A stretch of 24,988 nt of DNA from Myxococcota bacterium (GTDB taxonomy: Bacteria; Myxococcota; JACRCW01): assembly GCA_040752415.1 (NCBI GenBank), contig JBFMGU010000159.1, positions 1 to 24,988 on the forward strand. Direction: 5' to 3'. The position numbers and the translations under genes are program-made. Shown in pieces: positions 11,902 through 19,348 of the stretch. The notes under the pieces are model-generated. The model did not search any database, was not told the origin of the DNA, and saw nothing but the letters and a program-made list of their open reading frames with translations. The first letter of the stretch is position 1. Every line of letters starts with the position of its first letter.

Positions 11902-12810
11902 ATGGACCTGCTCACGCCCACCTTTCTGCTCGGCCTGCTTCTCGCGGTGGGCATTGGTGTTTCACTGGGATTGCTGGGAGGAGGCGGGTCCATCCTGACC
12001 GTGCCCATCCTGGTCTACGTGCTGGGACTGGAGACTCACCACGCAATTGCCATGTCGCTGTTGGTGGTGGGGACCACGAGCGTCACCGCCCTGATTCCCC
12101 ACGCCCGTGGCGGACGGGTGCGTTGGAAGACCGGTGCGCTGTTCGGATTGACGAGCATGGTGGGCGCGTACTCCGCGGGTCGCGTGGCGCACTACATTCC
12201 ACCCACCGCGCTCCTGGTGGCCTTTGGCGTCATGATGCTGGTGACGTCCGTGGCCATGATGCGCAAGAAGGCGTCCCCACCCGCCAATGACCAGGTCGAG
12301 GGAACGCTTCCGCAGCTGCCCGTGGGGAAGATCATTGCCGAGGGACTGGCGGTGGGCGCGGTGACCGGACTGGTGGGCGCCGGTGGAGGGTTCCTCGTGG
12401 TGCCGGCGCTGGTCCTGCTGGGACGCCTGCCCATGGGCCACGCCGTGGGAACCAGCCTCCTGGTCATTGCCATGAAGAGCTACGCCGCGTTTGCCGGGTA
12501 CCTCAGCAAGGTGGAGGTGGACTGGACCGTGGCACTCCTCGTGACCGTCGCCGCGGTGGCGGGGAGCTTTGTGGGTGGTGGACTGGCGGGACGCATTGCG
12601 CAGGAGACGCTGCGGAAGGTGTTTGCGTGGTTCATCGTCGTCATGAGCGCGTTCATCCTGGTGCAGGAAGTGCCGCGCGCGCTGGGCATGGAGTTCTCCA
12701 TGAAGACCCACTGGCCCTGGGTGCTGGGCGCCGTGGCGGTACCGTTGGTGGCCGCGATCATCAGCATGGCCAGGGAGAGACCCGCCACGCTGGCGCGCGG
12801 TCGGGCGTGA
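11902..12810 (+). CDS. TauE/SafE (TSUP) family sulfite exporter
   Basis: Duplicated motif [15 protein letters not shown] / [21 protein letters not shown], 8+ hydrophobic helices; GGAGG RBS. Confidence 0.92.
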   Translation: MDLLTPTFLLGLLLAVGIGVSLGLLGGGGSILTVPILVYVLGLETHHAIAMSLLVVGTTSVTALIPHARGGRVRWKTGALFGLTSMVGAYSAGRVAHYIPPTALLVAFGVMMLVTSVAMMRKKASPPANDQVEGTLPQLPVGKIIAEGLAVGAVTGLVGAGGGFLVVPALVLLGRLPMGHAVGTSLLVIAMKSYAAFAGYLSKVEVDWTVALLVTVAAVAGSFVGGGLAGRIAQETLRKVFAWFIVVMSAFILVQEVPRALGMEFSMKTHWPWVLGAVAVPLVAAIISMARERPATLARGRA

Positions 12811-12839
12811 AACAGGCCTGAAACACATGCAACAACACG

Positions 12840-12871
12840 GGGCCGCTTCCGGGGATGGACGGAAGCGGCCC
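12840..12871 (+). terminator. hairpin downstream of tauE-like gene
   Basis: Perfect 11-bp inverted repeat GGGCCGCTTCC / GGAAGCGGCCC followed by TTGCCGTTT. Confidence 0.6.
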
Positions 12872-13004
12872 TTGCCGTTTCGACCGCCCCGCCCGAGTCA
12901 AAGCGGTACTGCATACCGCAGTCCGAAAGGTGCGGCGGCGGGGCGCGCTGACACGGGAGCCGCACCGGTTTGACGTCGTCACGGGGAGCAACGTCCTTGG
13001 ACGC

Positions 13005-13042
13005 AAAAGAAAACGGCCACGCCCCTTGCGAGACGCGGCCGT
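13005..13042 (-). terminator. rho-independent terminator of the type II PDO gene
   Basis: Minus strand reads ACGGCCGCGTCTC-GCAA-GGGGCGTGGCCGT-TTTCTTTT: 13-bp stem with G-U pairs, GNRA loop, U tract. Confidence 0.85.
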
Positions 13043-13064
13043 GGTTCAACGTGACGTCCTGCGC

Positions 13065-13964
13065 TCAGCTCTTCTTCACCGGCTCACCCAGCTCGTTCGC
13101 CGGGCGGAGGAAGTTGAGCGGAACCTGCAGGTAGCGGATGCCGTTGGCCGCGGGCCCGGGAAGCCGACCCGCATCCACGTTCACCTGCACCGACGGGAAC
13201 AACAGCTTGGGCGCCGACAACGTGGCATCACGCTCCGTCCGGAAACGTACGAACTGCTCCCGGGTGGTGCTGGCACTGAGCTGCGGATTGCGCGCCTTGG
13301 ACTCGCCAATCGTCGTCATGTAGCGCATGGCGCGACCACCGGGCTGGTAGTCATGCCCCACGTAGACCCGCGTGGCGTCCGGCAGCCGGTACAGCTTCTG
13401 GATGGACGCATACAGCGCGTCCGCGGAGCCACGCGGGAAGTCGCAACGGCCCGTCCCGTAGTCCTCCGTGAAGAGCGCGTCGCCGGTGAAGATGGCGTCG
13501 TCCACCTGGTACGTGAGGCACGCCGGAGTGTGTCCCGGCGTCGAGATGACGCCCACCTTCAGCGTGCCCGCCTGGACCGTCTCCCCGTCCTTCAGCAGAC
13601 GGTCAAACTGGCTGCCGTCCGTCCGGAACGTGACCGGCATGTTGAACACCGTCTTGAACGTCTCCTGCACCTCGCGGATGCGCTCCCCAATGGCCACCCC
13701 CGCGCCGTGCCGCGCCTTGAGCACCTGTGATGCGGAGAGGTGGTCCGCGTGCGCGTGCGTCTCCAGGACCCAGTGCAGCTTCAAGTCGTGCTTGCGCACG
13801 AAGGCGCTCACCTGGTCCACCGACTCCGTCCACGTGAAGCCGCCCGCCGGCTCGTAGTCCAGCACCGGGTCAATCACCACCGCGTCTCTCGAGTCCCCGT
13901 CAAAGACCACGAATGTCAACGTGGACGTCCGCGCGTCGTAGAAGGGTTCAATCCTGGCTGTCAT
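13065..13964 (-). CDS. persulfide dioxygenase, type II / Blh-SdoA-like (MBL fold), 299 aa
   Basis: AVVIDPVLDY, WVLETHAHADHLSA, TPGHTPAC, FTGDALF..DYGTGRCDFP, GHDY, PSVQVNVDAGRLP; GGAGG RBS fixes ATG at 13964. Confidence 0.9.
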   Translation of the reverse strand: MTARIEPFYDARTSTLTFVVFDGDSRDAVVIDPVLDYEPAGGFTWTESVDQVSAFVRKHDLKLHWVLETHAHADHLSASQVLKARHGAGVAIGERIREVQETFKTVFNMPVTFRTDGSQFDRLLKDGETVQAGTLKVGVISTPGHTPACLTYQVDDAIFTGDALFTEDYGTGRCDFPRGSADALYASIQKLYRLPDATRVYVGHDYQPGGRAMRYMTTIGESKARNPQLSASTTREQFVRFRTERDATLSAPKLLFPSVQVNVDAGRLPGPAANGIRYLQVPLNFLRPANELGEPVKKS

Positions 13965-14005
13965 CGCTGTTTCCTCCACTGTCCAAGGTTGCCTGGAGCG
14001 GGGAT

Positions 14006-14021
14006 AGCATCGGGTGTGCCA
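14006..14021 (-). promoter_or_regulatory. sigma54 -24/-12 promoter
   Basis: Minus strand TGGCACACCCGATGCT, exact GG-N10-GC spacing, 41 bp before ATG 13964. Confidence 0.8.
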
Positions 14022-14125
14022 CGACGACGCCGAGGGAAGACGCGCATCCGTTGCGGTAGCGCCCGCTCCGCCGAGGGACTTCTCCGACGGGCGCGCCAGT
14101 GTTGCGCTGGGCCGGCGCCGGGGCG

Positions 14126-14151
14126 TGAAACAGTGAAACAGAGGTGAAACA
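14126..14151. promoter_or_regulatory. putative enhancer (UAS) array for the type II PDO gene
   Basis: TGAAACA at 14126, 14134 and 14145, 105-130 bp upstream of the -24 box. Confidence 0.65.
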
Positions 14152-14160
14152 ACGTCGGCT

Positions 14161-14892
14161 TCAACGTGTCGCGGCGCGCGCCGCGGACAACAGGGGCCCG
14201 TCCCGACGACCGTTCACGTTCAGCACGTGCAGCGTGCCCGGGGCGGCCTGGAGCTCGCCGCGGAAGTCGTAGACAGCGCCCACCACCAGCAGCTTGCCCG
14301 CCTCCACCTCCGACGAGAACTCTGCCAGCGCGTGGTCCACCTGGTCATGCACGTTGGCCATCACCGCCGCGCGCCACCGCCCCTCCAGCGTGCCTTCGGC
14401 GGGAGCGTGGGAGACGGGCAAGTGCAGGCCGTCCAGGTCTCGTCGGATGGAGGGGCTCTCATGCCCGTAGTCCTCCATGGCCGCCCGCACCGCGCCACAC
14501 CCCACGTGCCCCACGATCAACAGCATTGGCACATGCAGATGCCGAACGCCGTACTCCACGCTGCCCAGCGAGAGATCCAGCTGGTTGCCGATGTTGCGCA
14601 CCTCGAACAGGTCCCCGTCCGGGCTCGCATCCACGGCGTTGGCGTGAAAGCGGGAGTCCGCGCAGGTCAGCATGACCGCACGCGGCGACTGCGTGTCCCG
14701 GAACGGCGCGAAGTAGCGACTGTCATGTTCGTGGACGAAGCGCGCATTGTCGTTGTGGATGTCACGCAGCATCTCCAGCGCGCGCTGGACCGCGGGCGTG
14801 CGCGGAGCGGACACCGCGGGCGCGTTGGACGACCGGGACGCCACCGGGAGCACGACGAGGGCGGCGAGGATCAGCGGGAAGTACCTGCGCAT
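14161..14892 (-). CDS. beta-class carbonic anhydrase with N-terminal signal peptide, 243 aa
   Basis: Zn ligands TCADSR and GHVGCGAV, VRNIGN, GSVEYGV, GAVYD; MRRYFPLILAALVVLPVA export signal; GGAGGA RBS at 14901-14906. Confidence 0.9.
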   Translation of the reverse strand: MRRYFPLILAALVVLPVASRSSNAPAVSAPRTPAVQRALEMLRDIHNDNARFVHEHDSRYFAPFRDTQSPRAVMLTCADSRFHANAVDASPDGDLFEVRNIGNQLDLSLGSVEYGVRHLHVPMLLIVGHVGCGAVRAAMEDYGHESPSIRRDLDGLHLPVSHAPAEGTLEGRWRAAVMANVHDQVDHALAEFSSEVEAGKLLVVGAVYDFRGELQAAPGTLHVLNVNGRRDGPLLSAARAATR

Positions 14893-14926
14893 CGGCGCGT
14901 TCCTCCGGAGTTTCCAACCGGCCCTT

Positions 14927-14942
14927 CGCATGGCGTGTGCCA
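14927..14942 (-). promoter_or_regulatory. sigma54 -24/-12 promoter of the carbonic anhydrase gene
   Basis: Minus strand TGGCACACGCCATGCG, exact GG-N10-GC spacing, 34 bp before ATG 14892. Confidence 0.7.
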
Positions 14943-15242
14943 TCCCCTGGCCGCGCACTTCAAAGGCGTGCGGGGTGCCGGCCGCCGGCGTGAGCGCGAT
15001 GCCACGGGGAACAGCGCGGCCACGGTGGCCGCTCTTGCGTCCACGGCCCCATTGCTGCAGGGAATCGCGGCGGTTGTCCGTCGGTTGCGCGTGCCTGGAT
15101 GCGTGACGTCGATTCCAAACGATTGGCGCGTTGCCAACGTATTGGAGCGACGGCAGTGTCCTCGTCACAACGCGCCTACAAGGACACCCAACCTCTCGAC
15201 GCGTGACCTGCCAACGCGTTCCAACCACAGGAGAAAGTTGCC

Positions 15243-15827
15243 ATGGTCTTCTCACTCCCGCCGCTTCCGTACGACAAGACCGCGCTTGCGCCGCACATCA
15301 GCGCGGAGACCCTGGAATACCACCACGGCAAGCATCACAACGCCTACGTGACCAACCTGAACAAGCTGCTGGAAGGCAAGCCCGAGGCGAGCAAGAGCCT
15401 TGAGGACATCATCATGAGCAGCGACGGTGGCGTCTTCAACAACGCCGCGCAGGTGTGGAACCACACGTTCTATTGGAGCTGCATGAAGCCCAACGGCGGC
15501 GGCAAGCCCACGGGCGACCTGGCCGCGGCCATCAACCGCGACTTCGGCTCCTTCGAGAAGTTCTCCGAGGAGTTCTCCAACGCCGCGGCCACGCAGTTCG
15601 GCTCGGGCTGGGCGTGGCTGGCGCAGGAGAAGGGCGGCAAGCTCGTCGTCATGAAGACGGGCAACGCGGACCTGCCCATGAAGCACGGCAACAAGGCGCT
15701 GCTCACCATCGACGTGTGGGAGCACGCCTACTACATCGACTACCGGAACCTCCGTCCCAAGTACATCGAGACCTTCATGCAGAAGCTGGTGAACTGGGAC
15801 TTCGCGCTCGAGAACCTGAAGAAGTGA
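15243..15827 (+). CDS. sodB: superoxide dismutase, Fe-type
   Basis: YHHGKHHNAYV, FNNAAQVWNHTFYW (AAQ Fe-type signature), FGSGWAWL, GNAD, DVWEHAYY. Confidence 0.95.
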   Translation: MVFSLPPLPYDKTALAPHISAETLEYHHGKHHNAYVTNLNKLLEGKPEASKSLEDIIMSSDGGVFNNAAQVWNHTFYWSCMKPNGGGKPTGDLAAAINRDFGSFEKFSEEFSNAAATQFGSGWAWLAQEKGGKLVVMKTGNADLPMKHGNKALLTIDVWEHAYYIDYRNLRPKYIETFMQKLVNWDFALENLKK

Positions 15828-15840
15828 TCACCGCGCGCCT

Positions 15841-15869
15841 CCGACGGGAAGCAGCTGTTTTCCCGTCGG
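15841..15869. terminator. hairpin between convergent sodB and methyltransferase
   Basis: CCGACGGGAA...TTCCCGTCGG perfect 10-bp inverted repeat. Confidence 0.65.
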
Positions 15870-15899
15870 GGCGTCGCCTCCGCCTGCGCCACCTGTGAC

Positions 15900-16649
15900 T
15901 CACGCCGCGCGACGGAGCTGCAACACCGCCCATCCCTCAAGCTGCGCCTGGACGTCCGGAAGCAACCCTCTCGACGAGAATGCCGCACGCAGCGCGGGAG
16001 CCTGCACCGGCGTGAAACCACTCAGCATCAACGCCGCACCTGGCGCCATGGCCCGCACCAGCGCGTCGGCCAGCTCCAGGAGGACCCCCGCGAGGATGTT
16101 GGCCACCACCAGGTCAAAGCGTGCGCCCCACGCGTCGGGCGGACGGTTTTTCAGCACCAGTTCCACCTCGTGCTGGTCCAGCGCGGCGTTGGCGCGAGCG
16201 GCCGCGAGCGCGGTTCCGTCTATGTCCGTTCCGACGACGAACCGCGCCCCATGCGCCCGCGCCAAACGCGCCAGCACGCCGGTGCCCGTGCCCACGTCCA
16301 GCACGGCGGTGGGATGGTGTTGACGACACCACAGGTCCACTGCGCGCGCGCACAGGCGTGTCGTTGGGTGGGAGCCGTCACCGAACGCGCGGCTGGGGAT
16401 GGTGGGGAGCACAATGGCGTCGGGAGGATGCGGCGGCGGGGGCGTGCCCGCAACGTGGAGGAACACGCGGGGGGCAATGCGCACGGGATCTTGCGACGCG
16501 GGCGACACGGAGGCACCCGATAGCACGCACAGCAACGGGTCACATGCGTCGGACGGCACGACGGCGTCGAGGAGGTATCCCATCGCCTGGGAGGGCAACA
16601 CCTCCAACATCCGCTCCGACGTCACCGCTGACACGGTGCTTGCCGTCAT
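15900..16649 (-). CDS. PrmA-like class I SAM-dependent methyltransferase, ~249 aa
   Basis: AFGDGSHPTT (PrmA AFGTGxHxTT), VLDVGTGTGVLA, GTDID, FDLVVANIL, LMLSG; start uncertain (16649 or 16673). Confidence 0.75.
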   Translation of the reverse strand: MTASTVSAVTSERMLEVLPSQAMGYLLDAVVPSDACDPLLCVLSGASVSPASQDPVRIAPRVFLHVAGTPPPPHPPDAIVLPTIPSRAFGDGSHPTTRLCARAVDLWCRQHHPTAVLDVGTGTGVLARLARAHGARFVVGTDIDGTALAAARANAALDQHEVELVLKNRPPDAWGARFDLVVANILAGVLLELADALVRAMAPGAALMLSGFTPVQAPALRAAFSSRGLLPDVQAQLEGWAVLQLRRAA

Positions 16650-16688
16650 GCGACGGATTATGGACAGTGGCATCACGGAGGCTGGCGC

Positions 16689-17702
16689 GTGGCGCGTGCC
16701 TGGTTGGATTGTCTCATTGCCGCGGCGCTGTTCGGGGTGGCCACTCCGGCGTCGAAGGTGCTGCTCCATTCCGTCGGTGCGCAGACGTTGGCGGGCCTGC
16801 TCTACCTCGGGGCGGCGGTGGTCACCCTTCCCTTCGCGCTGCGTACGCCCTTGAAGGCGGTGCAGCGACTCAACGTCCTGCGTCTGGCGGGCGCGGTGCT
16901 GTTTGGCGGCGTGGTGGCGCCGGTGCTCCTGCTGACGGGGCTGAAGCTGGCGCCCGCGTCATCGACGTCGCTGTGGTTGAACCTGGAAGGCACGGCCACC
17001 GCGCTCCTCTCGTTCCTCTTCTTCCGCGAACACCTCGGCGCGCGCGTCTGGGCCGCCGTGCTCGTCATGTTCGGGGCGAGTGCGTTCTTGTCGATAGCGG
17101 AGGGCGCAGGTGGCGGCGTGGCGGCGTTGTTCGTCGTCATGGCGTGTTTCGCATGGGGCGTGGACAACAACCTGACCGCCGTCAACGACGGGTTCACGCC
17201 CGCGCAGATGACGTGCATCAAGGGACTGGTGGCCGGTGCGGTGAACCTGGGGCTCGGCGCCGTGCTGGAACCGATGCCCGCCTCGTCGTCACCCGTGCTG
17301 TTGGCGCTGGTGCTGGGCGCGCTGTCCTACGGTGTTTCGCTGGTCCTCTACATTGGCGGCGCGCAGCGTCTGGGCGCCACCCGCTCCCAGGTCCTGTTCT
17401 CGACGGCTCCGTTCATGGGCCTCCTGGTCTCGTGGATGATCCTCGACGAGCCGGTGCTGGCCACGCAGCTGCTGGCGGGGGTGATGATGGCGGTGGGCGT
17501 GTGGCTGGTACAGAGGGCGTCGCATACGCATGCGCACGTCCATCCCGCGTTGACCCACACGCACAAGCACCGGCACGACGACGGGCATCACACGCATGCG
17601 CATCCGGGTCTGGCCCCCGACGTCGAGCACACCCACGCGCACGAGCATGAGGCGCTGGAACATGACCACCCGCACGTCCCGGACCTGCACCACCGGCATT
17701 GA
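16689..17702 (+). CDS. DMT/EamA family transporter with His-rich C-terminal tail
   Basis: Two EamA repeats (AALFG..TPASK.LL; LLNLE-like WLNLEG..TALL...FFRE; WGVDNNLT; LGATR...FSTAPF.G) and 22 His in the last 59 residues; GGAGG RBS before GTG. Confidence 0.9.
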   Translation: MARAWLDCLIAAALFGVATPASKVLLHSVGAQTLAGLLYLGAAVVTLPFALRTPLKAVQRLNVLRLAGAVLFGGVVAPVLLLTGLKLAPASSTSLWLNLEGTATALLSFLFFREHLGARVWAAVLVMFGASAFLSIAEGAGGGVAALFVVMACFAWGVDNNLTAVNDGFTPAQMTCIKGLVAGAVNLGLGAVLEPMPASSSPVLLALVLGALSYGVSLVLYIGGAQRLGATRSQVLFSTAPFMGLLVSWMILDEPVLATQLLAGVMMAVGVWLVQRASHTHAHVHPALTHTHKHRHDDGHHTHAHPGLAPDVEHTHAHEHEALEHDHPHVPDLHHRH

Positions 17703-17710
17703 GGCCGTAC

Positions 17711-17742
17711 AAACGAAAAACTCCGCGGTGTTCTGCGGAGTT
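17711..17742 (-). terminator. rho-independent terminator downstream of tRNA-Val
   Basis: Minus strand AACTCCGCAG-AACA-CCGCGGAGTT-TTTCGTTT. Confidence 0.75.
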
Positions 17743-17749
17743 CCTCAAG

Positions 17750-17821
17750 TAGCCCGGGTGGGATTTGAACCCACGGCACGCAGCTTGTAATGCTACCACT
17801 CTACCCCTGAGTTACCGGGCC
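17750..17821 (-). tRNA. tRNA-Val (anticodon TAC), atypical
   Basis: Minus strand GGCCCGG TA ACTC AGGGGTA GAGT G GTAGC ATTACAA GCTGC GTGCC GTGGG TTCAAAT CCCAC CCGGGCT A folds to a full cloverleaf; CCA not encoded. Confidence 0.85.
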
Positions 17822-17842
17822 ACATCCGTCGTCATTCATACC

Positions 17843-19195
17843 CTATCTCGCTCCGCTTTTCAGCGAAGCAAGCGGCTTGAGCGTTCCCTCGTCGCGGACC
17901 ATGGGCACCCCGGGCGCCAGCTGGGCCGGGATGGTGCTGATGACCTCGTCGGGGCGCATGATCACCACCGCGCCATTGGGCACCACCCGACCGGGGTGGA
18001 TGAGCACCTTGGACGCCACCTGCGCGCCGTGGCCAATGCATGAGCCCAGGAAGCTGCGCTCGGTGCTGTGCAGTTTCCCGTCGAGCTCCACGCGCACGCT
18101 GCCCTGGAACTTGGCGTCAATGAGCCCGGCCCACGCATTCACGTGCGCGCCCTTCCCCACCAGGCTCACCTGCAGCTTGAAGTTGCCCACCACCGCGTCG
18201 GGATAGACCGCGCACCACACCAGGAACGTCTTGGGCGTCACAAACGCGCGCTGCCCCACGACGGAGGAGAGCACCGTGGCGTGGTCCCCAATCTCGGCAT
18301 CCTTTGCCACGTAGCTGTTGCGCACACTGGCGCGCGCCCCCACCACCGCCCCCGGACCGATGATGCTGGCCTCCACGTACGCCGTGGGATGCACGCGCGC
18401 GGTGGGGTGGATGACGGAGATGCGCTGCAGCACGCGTTCTCGTCGGAAGGAGAAGCCGGTGAGCACGCGCAGCAGCGCGCCCAGCTTGTTCTGTCGGATG
18501 GCCAGGTTCAGCGTGATGCCCGGCGCCAACTGGTTCAGCCACAGCACGTGACACCAGTGCCGCAGCTGCACCGCCACGCTGGAGGTGATCGGAAAGTCCA
18601 TGGTGGCGGCCTGCGTCTGTCCCGCCATGGGCAGGATGGGCAGCCGCGTGGGAACAATGAGCTCCTTCTTGTCGACGAGCAGCGGCGTTCCCTTCTCGCG
18701 CAGCGACCGCAACGTGGCCGCGTCCACCGTCGCCCCCAGGTCCGCGCCGGTGCACACGAACGCGTCGTAGAGCACCTTCTCCGTTGCCACGCGCTCCCGC
18801 GCCGCCAGCCTCCCCGACGGCACCACCGCCCGCTCCGCGTCGGTGAGCGGCGCCACGTCCACCGCCTGCATGGGCAGCGTGAACTCCACCGAGGGCGTCC
18901 GTCGCAGCGCCAGCCGTTGCACCCCGCCCATCCCCAACGCGCGCGCCAGAAACGGCTGCAGCACGCTCACCGTGGCAAAGAGGTCCGCCGCCAACACGAG
19001 CACCTTCTCGTCGGCGGAAATGCCGTGGGGCTCACCCATCTTGAGCCGCACCGGCTGCGCGCCCAGCTCCATGCACGCCGCGTCCACCATCTCTCCGACG
19101 GTGGAGCCGGCAAACAATGCGTCCTCGGCCGGGTCGCCCAGACCGTCAATGACCCGCCCCTGGCTGATGATGATGGCCTTCACGACGCGCACCAT
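17843..19195 (-). CDS. GlmU-like protein: degenerate nucleotidyltransferase-like N-domain + hexapeptide (LbH) beta-helix
   Basis: Hexapeptide repeats IHPTAR VHPTAY VEAS IIGPGAV VGARAS VRNS YVAKDAE IGDHAT; C-terminus VRVELDGKLHSTERSFLGSCIGHGAQV...IHPGRVV resembles archaeal-type GlmU; N-terminus VKAIII. Confidence 0.65.
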   Translation of the reverse strand: MVRVVKAIIISQGRVIDGLGDPAEDALFAGSTVGEMVDAACMELGAQPVRLKMGEPHGISADEKVLVLAADLFATVSVLQPFLARALGMGGVQRLALRRTPSVEFTLPMQAVDVAPLTDAERAVVPSGRLAARERVATEKVLYDAFVCTGADLGATVDAATLRSLREKGTPLLVDKKELIVPTRLPILPMAGQTQAATMDFPITSSVAVQLRHWCHVLWLNQLAPGITLNLAIRQNKLGALLRVLTGFSFRRERVLQRISVIHPTARVHPTAYVEASIIGPGAVVGARASVRNSYVAKDAEIGDHATVLSSVVGQRAFVTPKTFLVWCAVYPDAVVGNFKLQVSLVGKGAHVNAWAGLIDAKFQGSVRVELDGKLHSTERSFLGSCIGHGAQVASKVLIHPGRVVPNGAVVIMRPDEVISTIPAQLAPGVPMVRDEGTLKPLASLKSGAR

Positions 19196-19348
19196 GCCGT
19201 CGTGGCGTTGCTCCCCGCAAGCCCTCCAATATCGCGGAGGGGCTTCCGTCTCCTCGTGGCGCGGTGTGTCGTCGGATCCGGGTGCTTGGGCTTCTGCTAC
19301 AGGTTTCCCCAGGCGACGCGTTGGCTTGCGGCCGCCAGGGAGGAATCC

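Noticed and set aside
12897..12974. Hammerhead, c-di-GMP-I or Moco riboswitch match
   Set aside because: GAAA and stems are present but CUGAnGA and the other conserved cores are missing, and the site is 3' of two convergent genes
14893..15255. 121-codon N-terminal extension of the carbonic anhydrase
   Set aside because: RBS, signal peptide and sigma54 box all point to ATG 14892; the extension covers the sodB promoter region
18068..19348. 427-aa N-terminal extension making paralog A 1342 aa
   Set aside because: Antisense to the GlmU-like gene; RBS and lipoprotein signal start at 19349
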